A DNA stretch of 63,186 nt, the filler included, from Octopus bimaculoides (Eukaryota), in the NCBI RefSeq assembly GCF_001194135.2. It is 5 parts of 5 records of this genome, joined end to end, with 100 filler letters (N's around TTAATTAATTAA, not from the genome) between each part and the next. Parts side by side here need not be neighbours in the genome. Positions count along the whole stretch, not along the records: positions 16,511 to 46,684 come from NC_068985.1; positions 46,785 to 54,634 come from NC_068981.1; 3 more parts are not named here. The stretch is one strand, 5' to 3'. This document shows, one piece after another, positions 39,823 through 53,854 of the stretch (its first letter is position 1; each line of letters opens with the position of its first letter). A model generated the notes under the pieces. The model was not told where the DNA came from. It made no database searches and worked only from the letters and a program-made list of their open reading frames with translations. The position numbers and the translations under genes were made by a program.

Positions 39823-39907
39823 CTTTCTATGCAAGTCTGATACTTCCACAGAGGGTGTGTCCCAAAGGTCTTCAGGAATTCCAAGGTCCACTTTTACACC
39901 TTTCTCT
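39823..39907 (-). CDS. CNPY4: Canopy homolog exon, REKGVKVDLGIPEDLWDTPSVEVSDLHRK
   Basis: 85 nt, acceptor gttgtttcag, donor GTGAGT, phase 2 to 0. Near-identical to CNPY4 QKGVKVDLGIPLELWDEPSVEVTYLKK. Confidence 0.96.
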
Positions 39908-40017
39908 CTGAAACAACCAGCCAAGAAGAATATTTCCAATACATGAAAATCATCAATTTATTATTTTGAAAATTTTTCAGTCATCAATTTTATGACTCTG
40001 AGCATCAATTATGGTAA

Positions 40018-40249
40018 ACTACTACACTTTCTTTTATTCTTTTACTTGTTTCAGTCATTTGAATGTGGTCATGCTGGAACACTGCCTTTAAGGGTTTTAG
40101 TCAAACAAATCAACCCCAGAACTTTTATTTTTAAGCCTAGTACTTATGCTATCAGTCTTTTTGCCAAACCGCTAAGTTACAGAGACATAAACACACCAAT
40201 ACCAGTTGTCAAGCAATGATGGGGAGACAAATAGTGACACAATGGCACA

Positions 40250-40291
<42 letters not shown>

Positions 40292-40395
40292 NNNNNNNNN
40301 NTATACGACAGGCTTTTTTCAGTTTCTGTCTACCAAATCCACTCACAAGGCTTTGGTCAGTCTGAAGCAAAAGTAGAAGACACTCGCCCAAGGTG
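40018..40395 (-). mobile_element. Same SINE family, inverted
   Basis: Reverse complement of the SINE body and tail. Confidence 0.8.
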
Positions 40396-41731
40396 ACTTT
40401 TTTTTTGTCTTTGGTCAGTAAGAGTTATTTCCTATTTGCTTCTATCTAGAAATCGAAGGAAATTATTACTACTGCTAAGTACGATGTCCAATGCTGTAAT
40501 AATTTATCCAGTCCAAAGAAGCTCTGGTATTTTATTTTATCAACTCCACAAACATGAAAGGCAAAGCTGACTTTGGCAGGATTTGAATTCAAAACATGAA
40601 AAGCTGAAATAAATACCACAAAGCATTTTGTCTAATACTTGAACAAGTCTATCAACCCATGACCCTGGACTGTTTATTTCTTTCATCATCCTCTACTCAA
40701 GGACGAAATATAAAGTTAACCTTGGTATAGTTTGAATTCAGAGTATAAAGAGCCCAAACAAATAAACAAAGCATTTTGTATGGCTCTCTAACAATTCTGC
40801 CAATTTCGTGGCTAATGACATCATTCTCGTATCCTAATTACTTAAAAGGTAAAGACTCCCTTCAGTCATGAATGACCATGGGATTGCACCTAGAAAGTTA
40901 CCCTCTGAGGCACAAGTCTGGGCAAGATTGTTTATGGAATCACTGTCTTGCACCTTCAATCACACCAGCCTAGCTCATCTACTACCTACCTTTCAGCACT
41001 ATGTCTCAGCTATCACCAGCCACAACTTAAACTCCAACCTATTGCAAGTTCTACCCAAAACTGATCCTATTTGCATATCTTATCTCTGTCTGTAATCTCA
41101 ATGTCTGGCATACTGGCAGATTCATTGGAACATAAGATAAAATGCCTCATAGGATTTGCCAAAGCTTTCTACACTCTGAGTTCAAATCTCATCAAAGTTA
41201 ATTTTGCTTCATATCCTTGAGGTATCTGTTCCAATTCTGTACATTCTGAGTTCAAATCCCACCCTGTCACTAAAAAACTGTGATATTTTTGCCAGTTGTT
41301 GCAATCGAGAAACAGTATCAGCGACTTGGAAAAAATGACAGAAACAGTTTCTTTGGTTCAATATGAAAATCGACTGTCACGATCACCATTTGTTCCAATT
41401 CCTTGCACTCTGACCTGCCAAGGTCAACTTTGCCTTTCATCCTTCAAGGGTCAATAAATAAAATACCAGCCATATACTGGAGTCACTTTTTTGTCCTTCT
41501 CTTGCTCTCTGTCTCACATTATAACAGTGATGATGATAAGGAATAAATGCTGACCATGTTCAGTGAATGTTAATGCTATAAAAGAAAGAGTAAAGAAGAT
41601 ATGCACCAATCATAACTGATGAGGACAAATTGTCATTTTCAGAAAGTACTAAGAGCTCAAAATTTACTTTAAAGGAAAGGACCATAGATCTGAGTCTTCA
41701 TAGAGGTTGGTAGACTATAAATGTGTTTTAC

Positions 41732-41872
41732 CTTAATCCGTGTAAAGTTTTCAAGGTTTCACTTCTGCCCTTGGCAAACCTCAAGCTACCCTTCTTTTCA
41801 TTGTGAACATTGTATTTAAGTAAACGGTCACAAATGTGTGGTTCATGAAGGGCCTCTGTCAAACGAAGCTCA
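41732..41872 (-). CDS. CNPY4: Canopy homolog exon, SELRLTEALHEPHICDRLLKYNVHNEKKGSLRFAKGRSETLKTLHGL(R)
   Basis: 141 nt, acceptor catttctttcag, donor GTAAAA, phase 2 to 2. Matches the CNPY4 motif SETRLEEALENLCERILDYSVHAERKGSLRYAKG. Confidence 0.95.
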
Positions 41873-44419
41873 CTGAAAGAAATGGTAAATAAATTTTAAA
41901 TAAATGACTTTTACTTTAAAAGATAAATAAATAAAATTTATCATAATAGTAGTATTTAAGCATAAGCAAAGTTTAGATTAGTTAGAATATGATTGTGACA
42001 TATTTCAACTGCTAAAAGCAAATTCACCACAGTTACCATGGAGAAAATTTTCTCTTATGGTAAAATGGTGTAAAAACTCCATATTTATTCAGTGTCAATC
42101 AGGATTCCCAGACATGCATATTCCTAGCTCCTTAGGAAATACCTAAGAGAGGCAACTCTGGACAGATATTTCCAGAGATATTTTTTTTTTTTTTACTTGT
42201 CTCAGTTATTGAATTTCAGCCATGCTGGGGTAGTACCTTGAAAGATTTTAATCAATCTAGTATCTATTTTTAGGTTTGATACTTATCTTATTAAACATTT
42301 TTTCAAACCACTAACTTACAGGGAATTAACAGGGAGTTTCATTTTCTAAGCAGTGTTAACATGTAAACAAATACAGGGACATGGAAACACACACACAGAT
42401 CAACATCATTTTTATAACATCCACTTTCCCATGCCTGCATGAAACTGAACTAAGTTTATTGAGGTAGGTTTTCTGTGGTCAGATGCCCTTCCTGTAGCCA
42501 ACACACACCTCTTTCCAAGTGATTTACGATTCACCATGTGTTTTCACATATGTCTAAGAGGAAAATTTTCTTTTGGGACTAGCTCCACAGCAGAAGATTT
42601 TTTCATGTCTAAATGCAGTTGAATGTGTTATGTATTCAATGCTGCTTCATGCAACCTTATTTATTTAATTCTAGCTCGACCAAGCTTAAGACACCAGCAT
42701 ACATACTGTAAGCTGTTTTACTAAAAATAATTCTGTTCCAATCAAGTTGTGAATAACAGACCTGGTGTTTATAGCTGCCAGAATGAAATGACAGAAATGC
42801 ATGTATCCTATGACCAAATTGTGTATTAACAGTCCTCCTTGTGTTTTCACACATGCTTAAGAGGAGAATTTCTCTCCCAAGACTAGCACAGTAGCAAGTC
42901 TTCCCATGCCCATGTGCCCTCTAATGTGTTGCATATAACTTTACACAAATATTTTTCAGTCAACATTGCTTCATGCAACATTATTTATACAGACTCACAC
43001 ATTTATCTTCCTTGTGACTCCAATTCAAAGGTGTAGATAGCCACAAGTGTGGGTTGAGAGCTGCATTGGAAATACTGTGATTGATACACACGCACACACA
43101 CATACACATCAGTCCAACAATGGCTTAGCTGGCCGAAATTTTGGAGTCATTGTCAAACATATTCTTGTATAAGAATAAATTTGCACTCTACAAAAGAATA
43201 GAGTAATCCATCAGATTATTGTAAAATTGTTTTTATTATAATGGAATATAAAACCAAGCATTAATATATCACAGGTATATATATATTTATATATATATAA
43301 CTGGCACTCCGTCAGTTACAATGATGAGTGCTCCAGTTGGTCCAGTTAACAGAACAGCCTGCTTGTGAAATTAGTGAGCAAGTGGCTGAACACTCCACAG
43401 AGACACACATATACTCTTAATGTAATTCTCAAGGACATTCAGTGTGAAAGAGAATGTGATATGACTGGCCCTTTGAATTACAGGTACAATGCATTTTATA
43501 TATCATATACACATGAATATAGATATGCGGGATGGTTGGTGTTAGGTAGCGCATCCAGCTGTAAAAACCATGCCAAAATATATATATCATATACACATAC
43601 ATATATACATACACACACACACACACACAAAAAAGTATATAATAGTTCCTACATGCATTTCACTATTATGGTTGTTTGCAACCCTGCAATAGGTGTTCAT
43701 AACTAGTAATACAATAGAAGTTACTTAACAACTACACAAGAACCATACTGGATTATGAATAATCTATATGGAACTCTAAACATAACAGTAGCAGTCATAC
43801 ATCTATTTGTACATATAATTTTCTCTAAGCCTGTCCTTTCCCTAATGGCATGTCAGGTTTAGAGAATTTTTGACTCTTGAGATTATCTCTCCTCCTCAAG
43901 TGGAGCTGATCATAATTGTCATTTCGTAATTATGATAGATCCTCTATCGTAATTACAACCGGGGTCCATATAAGATTTTGTTTGTTCAAATTAATGTGCA
44001 ATGAATTTGCTTATATTTCTACAATACACAAAATATTTCAGCGATTTTTTAAGATACAATTATAAAAATATAATAAGATTTTGTTTAAACATTAAATGGC
44101 TATGGGGGTCCTGTAGAGTAAAATAAGAATAAAAGTGGGGTCCATAGGCAAAAGATGGTTGAGATCTACTGCTCCAGATGCAGATATAATTTTAATACAT
44201 CAATAATTTTTATTGTAGGTTATTTGATATATCCATATTTCTCTCCCTCTCTCTCTATATATATAGAATCATCATTTAACGTCTGTTGTCCATGCTGGCA
44301 TGGGTTGGATGGTTTGACCAGGGCTGGCAAACTGGAAGGCTGCACCAGACTACAATCTGATCTGGTATGGTTTCTATGGCTGGATGCCTTTCCTAATGGC
44401 AATATTAGTATTCTCTCTT

Positions 44420-44632
44420 TTATTCGTTTACTTGTTTTAGCCATTTGACTGCAGCCATGCTGGAATACTGTCTTGAAGGGTCTTAGTCGAACAAATCAAT
44501 CCCAAGATTTATTTTTCTTAATCCTGATACTTATTCTATTGGTCTCTTTTGCCAAACCACTAAGTTACAGAGACATAGACACACCAGCATTGGTTGTCAA
44601 AAGATGATGGAGGGACAAACACAGACACAAAG

Positions 44633-44684
<52 letters not shown>

Positions 44685-44842
44685 GGCTTCTTTCAGTTTC
44701 TGTCTACCAAGTCCAATTACAAGGCTTTGGTCGGCCCAAAGCTATAGTAGAAGACACTTGCCCTAGGTGCCATGCTGCAGGATTGAACCCAGAACCATGA
44801 GGATGGGAAGCATGCTTCTTACCACACAACGACACTTGCACC
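44420..44842 (-). mobile_element. Same SINE family, inverted. Other minus copies or fragments lie at about 3655-3968, 17160-17285, 21575-21725, 47165-47495, 54735-54955 and 56595-56910, with a diverged plus copy at 55155-55480.
   Basis: Reverse complement of the SINE head, body and tail. Confidence 0.85.
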
Positions 44843-44909
44843 TATATATATAATTTCTGGTATTACTATGAGATGTATTTAAAAATATATACAAATATTT
44901 GACACTAAC

Positions 44910-45030
44910 GAATATTGGTACTGGATTTTCTTCTTCTTTGTGTCCAAGCCATGACCAGTTTCCAAAACAAACTTTGATTTCTCTGTTTCTGACAGTAAGG
45001 CCTGCAATTCTACTGTCAGATATTTACAAA
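44910..45030 (-). CDS. CNPY4: Canopy homolog (CNPY3/4-like), first visible coding exon, (V)CKYLTVELQALLSETEKSKFVLETGHGLDTKKKKIQYQYS
   Basis: 121 nt, acceptor ttttctacag, donor GTTAGT, phase 1 to 2. Aligns by memory to human CNPY4 VCKLLSTELQAELSRTGRSREVLELG. CNPY3 versus CNPY4 orthology is not resolvable here. Confidence 0.92.
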
Positions 45031-46439
45031 CTGTAGAAAATACAAGGTAAAATAAGAGATAATGTATTCAATGAAGGAAATGACATTTTAGAAATATGGA
45101 AAAAAAAAATTAAGTAAATAAACAAATAAAAACCACCACCATCATTTAATGTTCATATTCCAGGATGGTGGCATGGGTTAAGCGATTTGACAGAAGCTGG
45201 TGAAACAGAGCACTGTGCCAAGCTCCACTATCTGCTTTGGCATAGCTTTTAGAGCTAGATGCCCTTCCTAATGCCAACCACTTTACAGGAGTAGATTGGG
45301 TGCTTTTTACATGGCACCGACACCAGCAAGGTATGCTTTGGTATGGTTTTTATGTCTGGATGCCCTTCCAAACACCAACAACATTACAGAGTGTACTGGG
45401 TGCTTTTCATGTGGCACGAGCATCAATGAGGTCACCAAGTAACTTGCAAGATAAATATACTTTTGAGGGCAAGTTAGAATTGTACAAAGTACAAGGATGT
45501 GAATATAAATGGAATGGTAGAGGATTGTCCAGAGTGCATCAGTAAGGAGTTTACAAGAATACAAAAAAAGCAAGGAGTGGGGAGGGAAAAATAAGCATAG
45601 TGCATAAAGAAGAGGAGAAGAGAAGATGCAGTTTGGTTTACTGAAGCAGGGTGTTTGAAATTAAATGTTACACGTGGATGGAGCACACAGCACCTCCAGA
45701 ACTCAGTTTTGCTGAAATGAAATGAACAATGTACCAATGTTTAAAATATATAGCTACCCTTAACTCAACCACCAAGTTGGAGTTTGATATCAAGGACATG
45801 CTTCACTGCAATGTAACTATGACTGAGACATTTAACTGTCTGCAGTTCAGTCCATCTTGCTATAGGTAGATACCACAAGGTGACTCTGCTCTTTCTACTG
45901 TGCCTATGATCAAGACACGTAGTTCTCTACACCCAAGTGCACTAATATAGTTTATCATTGCAAGCAACAGCACCCACAACTTTAAAACTGATAAGTCATT
46001 TAATACTTGCTATGCCGATTTAACCCTTTAGCATTTTAAACTGGCTATATCTGGCTCAAATAATAGGTTTTATGTTCAAAGCAGCCAGACCTAACTGCTC
46101 ACACCTCCCCTACATTGTCATTTTGAAGAATACACAATTGCACTATCAAAATCTCAAAGCTACAAGATAATACATAATTAATTTAAAACAATGTAAATAA
46201 ATATGCATTCGTCATACATGAAGATGGATGATGTTTTAGGAGTGTGTTTTTATGCTGGAAATAAAGGACAACTGGGAAATGTTAACGGTCAGAAGACTAG
46301 AGGTAAAACAGATGAATGTTTCAAGGGTGAACACTGTGAAGACTAGAAAAACATTTAGAAAAAGCAGATAAGAAAAGATTTGCCAATGTTCTGCGCCGTG
46401 AGGACCAAAGACTCGAGGTATTTCGTGTTGCAAGACAGT

Positions 46440-46684
46440 GTAGGAGAGAGAATAGTGATGTTGTAGGAGAGAAATGTGTTCGCATGGATGATGGTACGCT
46501 TGCACTAAATGAGGATGCAAAGAAAGAGGTCTGGAGATGCCACTACGATAGATTGCTTAATAAAGAGAATGAATGGGAGAAAGAGAGCCTGCCGTATGTC
46601 GACCCAATAGAGGGACCAGCTATCCGAGTTGATAGTACCAGGGTAGATAAAGCAATTAAGAGTATGAAGACCGGGAAAGCCCCC
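46440..46684 (+). mobile_element. RTE LINE internal ORF fragment, cut by a gap
   Basis: KKEVWRCHYDRLLN...AIKSMKTGKAP, typical of the pre-RT region. CpG retained. Confidence 0.8.
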
Positions 46685-46789
46685 NNNNNNNNNNNNNNNN
46701 NNNNNNNNNNNNNNNNNNNNNNNNNNNNTTAATTAATTAANNNNNNNNNNNNNNNNNNNNNNNNNNNNNNNNNNNNNNNNNNNNAGAAT

Positions 46790-46851
46790 ATTGGGCTGAA
46801 GAGCGGAATAGAGTAGCTTCATACTCTTAACCGTGAAACGTCGTATCCAAT
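46790..46851 (+). ncRNA. Type I hammerhead ribozyme motif
   Basis: CTGAAGA 46796-46802. Stem II gcgg/ccgt with inner agagta/tactct. GAAAC 46835-46839. Minimal stem III, GTA triplet 46843-46845. Stem I attggg/tccaat. Confidence 0.75.
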
Positions 46852-47298
46852 TAACTAAAGGCAGGTTTGGTTTTGCTTTTCTCTTCTGTGTTTTGTTCTG
46901 TGTGTGCCATAAATATCGCCATCCGTTAGAGAAAAAATTTATAGTTTGGAATCAGTAGTTCTTTGACTGCTATTTCTAAATTTTCAGTATGTTGGAGAAG
47001 CAACTCAAACTAATCCCTGTATATTTATGATTATAAATGGTTTTACCGATAAAGGTTTTTTCATACTGAACTACTTGGCAAAATTGTTAATTATTAATTT
47101 TATTACTAATTGACGATTCCCTGCCCTATATCTGTACATACAGATATATATATATATTATATATATATCTTTTATCTTTATTTGTGTCAGTCATTGGACT
47201 GAAACCATGCCTAGCACTTATTCTGCTAAGTTATGAAGATGTAAACAAACCAATACCAGTTGTCAAGTGCTGAAGAGGATATACACAAAGACACACTC

Positions 47299-47338
<40 letters not shown>

Positions 47339-50271
47339 ACAATATATGTGACAGGATTCTTTCAATTTTTATTTACTGAATCCACCCACAAGGCTTTGGT
47401 TGGCCAGGATCTATAGTAGAAGAATTACTTAAGGTGCAGTACACTGGGGCTGAACTTAAGGAAGCAAGCTTCTTAACCAATTAGCCATGCATGCACCTGT
47501 GTGTGTGTGTGTGTATGCATGTGGTTATGTACCTGTGGTTATGTCTCTTTGTGCTGGCTTGTTTTTGACATCACATAATAGTTGTAAATGAGCGTCACCA
47601 TCATACAAGTGATGTCATTGGTGTCTAATCTCCCATAAAAAAAACATGTCCAGCCATTGGAAACAGGTGAGGGTTGGTAACAAGAATGGCATTCAGCCAT
47701 AGAAAATCTGCCTCAAAGAAATCCGTCAGATCCACGCAAGCATGGAAAAGTGAACATAAAATTGCTGTCAACATCATCATGATCAGTGTTGTTGTTATTG
47801 CTAGCAGCAGCAGGAGTTGTATATTAGAGCCAGAAATGCAAAAGGAAGACAGCTTCTGAAGTATAAGCAAAGTCTCAACAAAGGGAAAAGGGTTGACTAG
47901 AAATATAATGTATGGAAATATGTTGAGAAGAAATATGTTGTATCACAGAAAGCAACAAACAATAAAGACCGTAAGGTGTAAATAGGAACAGCTAATAATT
48001 ATATACACCCACTTCAGCTTTCACATACATCATGACTTTGTAATAAGCTTATTATTATAACAAATGATAATTATTATTCCCTCTCACTTTAGGCCAATCA
48101 CAATCATTACCAAAGAAAACCAGAAGCCCTTACATGATTGTTTAACCTGCTAGAAATAGCAGCCAAATCTTCTTCAAATTACAGCCTATAATCTTTTAAG
48201 AAAAATTACTTTGAATAACGTGGTCCTGTGTTTCTGCACATAAGAAAATAGATGAGATGGTCTTACTAAAAATGTCTTTGATCTTAGGTGTATTTGAGCA
48301 GGGCTGACCTGGGGTTAAATATCAATTGCTACTGACTCAAGTCACTGCTTCTATCAAACACCATTACTGCCCTCTCAAGTATTATAACTCTACCACCAGA
48401 ACTCCAACCTTTAAAATACATCCTTATTACCAGTGACAACCAGCTAAACGTAATCACCAAGGATAACTATCCACATTGCCTACATCTCTGCCACCACCAC
48501 CACTATTCACCTACAGTATCATTTTACCTCTTAAAGTGTTAACCACTGCTTCCCACATACTTATACTACATCCTAGTAACAAAAGACTAGGCATAAATCA
48601 ACCACCACTATTAACATTCTGCATCACAAACTTTGTCTCTTAAAGAGTTAATCATCAACTTTGCATGCACATATGAGCACCAACACAAAACGAGATAGCT
48701 GCCAATCCTCTTTACTGATAACACTAGTTTAATTAGCAGCACTGACATCATTCAAGGTCAATAACCCAACTGCAGTTAACTAAACTAAACTAAAATCACA
48801 GAAAGAAAACATTATATTTTAGTTAGTTAAAAGCAAAGAAATATTATAAACAGTAATATGTTACTAAATTATCTATATATGCTAATGAAAATTTAGTGCT
48901 AAATGAAACAGAATTATATAAGGGTCATTGTAACATGGTATAAATAGAGATACAAACTCCAGAAACTGTTTTTAACTGTGATACAAACTCAAAGATGATA
49001 GACATTGCCAAAAAACTGGGAAAATACTGTCATTAGTACATCTACCAAGCAGTTAACTTTAAATTGCCTCACTCAATTTCATCTAATACACTGTGATCTA
49101 AAGTTATGATAAAATTCATAAACAAGTCTAATTGAGATCTAGTGTTATTATAAAGTGTGAAATAGGTTCAATTAAACAACATTTTCATGATTACACAGGC
49201 CTACTACTCATTAATTAGAAAGCAGCAATGAAAAATTAGACAAAAGAGATTATATCTGGAATGGTAGTCAAGGTTGTTGTCCTTCCTCACACATCTAATA
49301 TCATCTACATTTTCTGGAATTTCTTGCACAAAGCAATTCCAGACCATCTGGCTCCTATCACATCCTGAGTAGTGTTACATGTGGTTTCTTCTATGTTACT
49401 ACATATTCAAGAAGTCATTGATGCCAATGAAGCTCCATCCAAGCACTGAAAGCTTGTCCCTACTTTTCAGTTTTTGACCAATTTACTCCATTTTTAACAA
49501 TATCGTTTGAATAGTGTAATATTTTGGGATATTGGATTTTTAATGATCTCTTCACTGAAACCATAAATTTTAGCTTACATCAACAAAATACTGGGTTTTA
49601 GCTCAGTTTTGATTTAGTGAACCTAAAACAAATGAAACACAGACATTATGATTTAATTGACAACAAATATCAAATTTTTGCATAATATTCTAATTTTCTG
49701 ATATGCACTTGTAGCTATTCAATTTCAAAATGAAAGCTGTACCAGTTTTGCCAATATATAAACCTGTGTAATATTAAAACCATGCAATTGACAGTCCTAG
49801 TGTAACATCATGTAATCCTAATATTACAGAATCTAGTTCAAGGTGACAGGCTGGTAGAATTATTACTGCACCAGAAAAAGTGCTTAGCAGCATTTTTTCT
49901 GACTTTACATTCTGAGCTCAAATGCTACCATGGTCAATTTTGCCTTTCATCCTGTTAAGGTTGATAAAATAAATACTAGTTGAATGTTAGGGTCAATGCA
50001 ATTGATTTTCCCCTCCCATGAAATTGCTAGCCTTGTGTCAAAATTGGAAATCAATATTATTACAGAACTCAGTTCTATAATATGAGTATATCAAAAATAC
50101 GACACAACCTAATTCTGAAATTACAGTATCCAGTTCAAACTTGATACTGATTACTCACTTGAAAATGATATCATTCTGTTAGGTACAAAACTAGCCAGTT
50201 GTATTATGGCTGCAACCATATATAATAACTAGTATAATTAGTACCTTTTAGACTGAATATCTACAAATATA

Positions 50272-50487
50272 CGAGGGGTGGTGAAAAGTTCCTGGCTTTA
50301 AGGGTATTGCGAAAGGCCTGGTTGAAGGCCCAACCTTCTGAGTTCTTTTACAGGGCTTAGAAAAACTGAAGGAGTGCTGCAATAAGCGTGTGAACCTGAG
50401 AGGGGAATATGTTGAATAAAATCATAATTAACTGATCTTCCTGTATTTACTTTTATCCAAAGCCAGGATGTTTTTGGCACCCCCTCG
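50272..50487. mobile_element. Mariner-derived MITE
   Basis: TIRs CGAGGGG...CCTGGCTTT at both ends, TA on both sides, internal transposase C-terminal remnant LRGEYVE-stop. Confidence 0.85.
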
Positions 50488-52689
50488 TAAGACTTCAACT
50501 CAAAAGAGTTTTAATAATTAAATACCTCTAGTGGTAGTGGATTGGCAGATAAGCTAAGACATTATTCAGATGTAATGTGATACTGTCTGGATGTTCTATA
50601 ACACTAATTAGATGGACTAAGACAGCATTTTGTATTAAAAAATTGGAATTCGAAGTACTTAGGCAGAAAAAATAAAACATTTTCCTAGTGTTTCTCAAAG
50701 TGAGAAGCATGCCCCATTATTGGGGTGTAGCAATATTTTGGTGGCAGGTGAGTTACTTCAGAATGGGGTGTGGATAAGTAACAAGTAAATAAAATTTGAA
50801 ATAAAGTTTTAATTAAAACTTAGCTTTCTCCTTTCATGGTGGAACTCACTTCTTTTGGAAATTCAAAGACAAGCATAAAACAAAAAGGGTTGAGAAACAC
50901 TAACCTACAGCTTGCTAAGTATGTTTCACCAGTTTTAAGGGTTCATCAAACTTCATGTAATAATTCAAGAAAGAATACACACTGAACTGATTTCCTGTTA
51001 AGTTTAATGGCATATGGAAAAATTTCATCTCAGCATTGAAAGCTTAATACCTATCAATTATAAGATCAACCACAACCACAGTTCCCCCATCCAAACCTTT
51101 TGAAGAAAATATGGATATATTTCTAAAGAGAAGAAATTTTGTTAATACAACAGCTGAAAGTTTTCATAAGGTAGTAACAAACATGAACTAAATATAATAC
51201 ATTTTGGCTCTAAATACTCTTTCTTCTCTTGTAATGTGCAAATTTTATTTTTAGGATTTTGCTATAAAACACTTTCAACAAGATTCATATATCCTTATTC
51301 AATTGGACTGCAATGTATTTTAGCATTCACATTATTTGTAGTAACTCATTTATTAGTTCCAATTTCATTTCATTTCATTTTCCTGTATTAAAAATTACAT
51401 CTTAGGTAACATTATCCATTTAATACAACTGTTGGGAAGTAATGTCATTCACCTCATTCTGTCTTTTTATTCTCTCTTTGCTGCATTTGTTTTCTTTCTT
51501 GCTTTTAAATAACCCTAATGAGCTCTGGACAATACAAATACAAACTAAATATTTACTTAGTGTGCAACTGACATTTTTTGATGAATTCTGGTTTGATCTC
51601 AGGACTGTAAGTCATGATATATTATGTAATCCAACAATAGATGCAGAAGATCACACTCAAGGAAATATTTCAAATCTGGAACCATGGCATCAGTGGATTT
51701 AAATGAATGTTTTACCTTCAACTTCTTTAGCCCTGCTAGTATAGCAATCCCAATTTTATCCTTCAGCTCCCCTGTCACCTTTATTTTTACCAGTTTCTCT
51801 ATACAATTCTCTTTCCTTCTTTCTCTCACCCACTATTTCCTAGCCACATATGCACATTTTACGTTCCCCATCAGTTCCTGTCACTAGCTCAAAACATAGA
51901 GGATGTGAAACTCTGCAGTCTTTCCTTTCACCCCCATCACTGTCATCTTAACCCTGAAGAAGGAATCTTTCTGAAACATTGAAAACTCCATTCCCAACAG
52001 AAATTTTACTCTACTCTTTCTATTGATTCTTCCAAGTAATACAAGTCTTGCTAATGCAGATCATCACCAACCTCCTTGGATCTTATTTCATCTGTTAGAA
52101 TGTCACCAGTACACCTCATCTCATCTGACTGTGATGTCAACAATTCACATCCTGTCATTAACAGTGTTTTATGAATTTGACCAAAAATATTGCGTTTCTA
52201 AGTGGTTTTCTCTTAACTGTAAGTGTTGTAAAATTGAAAAGAGGTTCGTTAGCTTTCAGCTAGGAGTTAAAGTTTTCTACAATTCAATAGAATCTGATCT
52301 TTTGATAATGCTTACTTTGATTTATGTACACTCCGTTATTGGCAATATTTCATTAATTCCCACTGATTCCTTCCTTTAATTGTAGTTAAGATTCATAAAG
52401 TAAAAACAACTTTGTTGTTTTTGTTTTTTTACATCAAGATATCTCTAGAAAACATTGCAAATGTTTATTGCTTTATCAGAACAAAAGTTAATGTTGTTAT
52501 AATGTCTTTATTTTCAAAGAACGACACTTATACATTTCAAAGCTTTACCTTTCAAATTATTGTCATATGTAATGATTATTTATACACATTTTTTTTTAAC
52601 TAATCATGTATTATCTTGTAGCTATGAGATTTTGATGAGATTATTTTCTTAGAATGACGTTGTACGGTAGGTATGAGAGGCTGAATCTA

Positions 52690-53704
52690 GTCATTCTAGC
52701 CATGACCACCTTTGAGTATTGTATATCTAGGTGTAATTTTAATTATTTATTTAAACAGAGAGAAAGTGAGACAGATAGATAGGTAGACAGACAGATCAAT
52801 CAACAGATAGATAGACAGACAGACAGACAGACAAATAGATAGATAAAGTAAAATTAGACATTAGACAAGTAAAATATTTAGGTCAAATATGGTTAGTTTA
52901 AAATGAATAACGGATTAAAGGACTAGTTAAAATAAATCCTTGACAACAGAATTGGTGTTTGAAAATATATTTATTAGGAATTAGAAAACACACTAAAAAA
53001 TACCACTCCTACCCAAATGTTTGTAAAAGAAAATAATAAAAAATCCTTTATGCTTTACTAACTTTATTAGGTTTAATAAGATTGTGAAGCATCTTTAAAG
53101 AAAGTATATTTTTTTAAAGCTATTTTCAAAATATTCAGCTTGTTGAGTAATTTGATACAGTGGGAAACTTTTCACAAGAGGTTACATTTAGAATAGGAAG
53201 GAGAAATTTGTTGAATATAATTTCATAAGTTTTGAAATTTACACTTGTATATGATATGTTTTAAAAATTAAATTTTACTTGAAGGGGATGTAAGATAACA
53301 TTACATGTTATGCAGTATATGAGACTAGTAAAAGTATTGCTGCCTCTACCAGCATAAAAATGTGAATCAATTCAAATCTCTGTAGACTAGGTGTCCAAAA
53401 ATATATTATGGCATCTGTTAGATGTACGCAAAAAAAAAAATTGGCTATATTGTTACTTTTCATATTATTGTACAAAATATATTGCAAATAGCGGCTGGCA
53501 GTGTTTAGTTCTAGGTCAGCTATCACACAGTAAAATTATGATCAAAGTCATTCTAGCCATGACCACCTTTGAGTATTGTATATCTAGGTGTAATTTTAAT
53601 TATTTATTTAAACAGAGAGAAAGTGAGACAGATAGATAGGTAGACAGACAGATCAATCAACAGATAGATAGACAGACAGACAGACAGACAAATAGATAGA
53701 TAAA
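52690..53704 (+). repeat. About 157-bp near-identical direct repeat (52690-52847 and 53547-53704)
   Basis: Copies differ by about one base and include a complex GATA/GACA tract. Confidence 0.9.
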
Positions 53705-53854
53705 TAGACAGACAAAGAGATAGATAGATAGATGATAGATAATAAGATAGATAGATAAATAGGCAGACAGACAGATAATTAGATAGATAAATAGGCAGAC
53801 AGACAGTCAGATAATTAGATAGATAGATAGATAGATATAACCAGAAATGGTTCT

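Noticed and set aside
51954-51990. CTGAAGA-stem II-GAAAC hammerhead-like core
   Set aside because: No NUH triplet and no stem I. GAAACATTG could be CpG-decayed GAAACGTCG, but it is at best a dead fossil.
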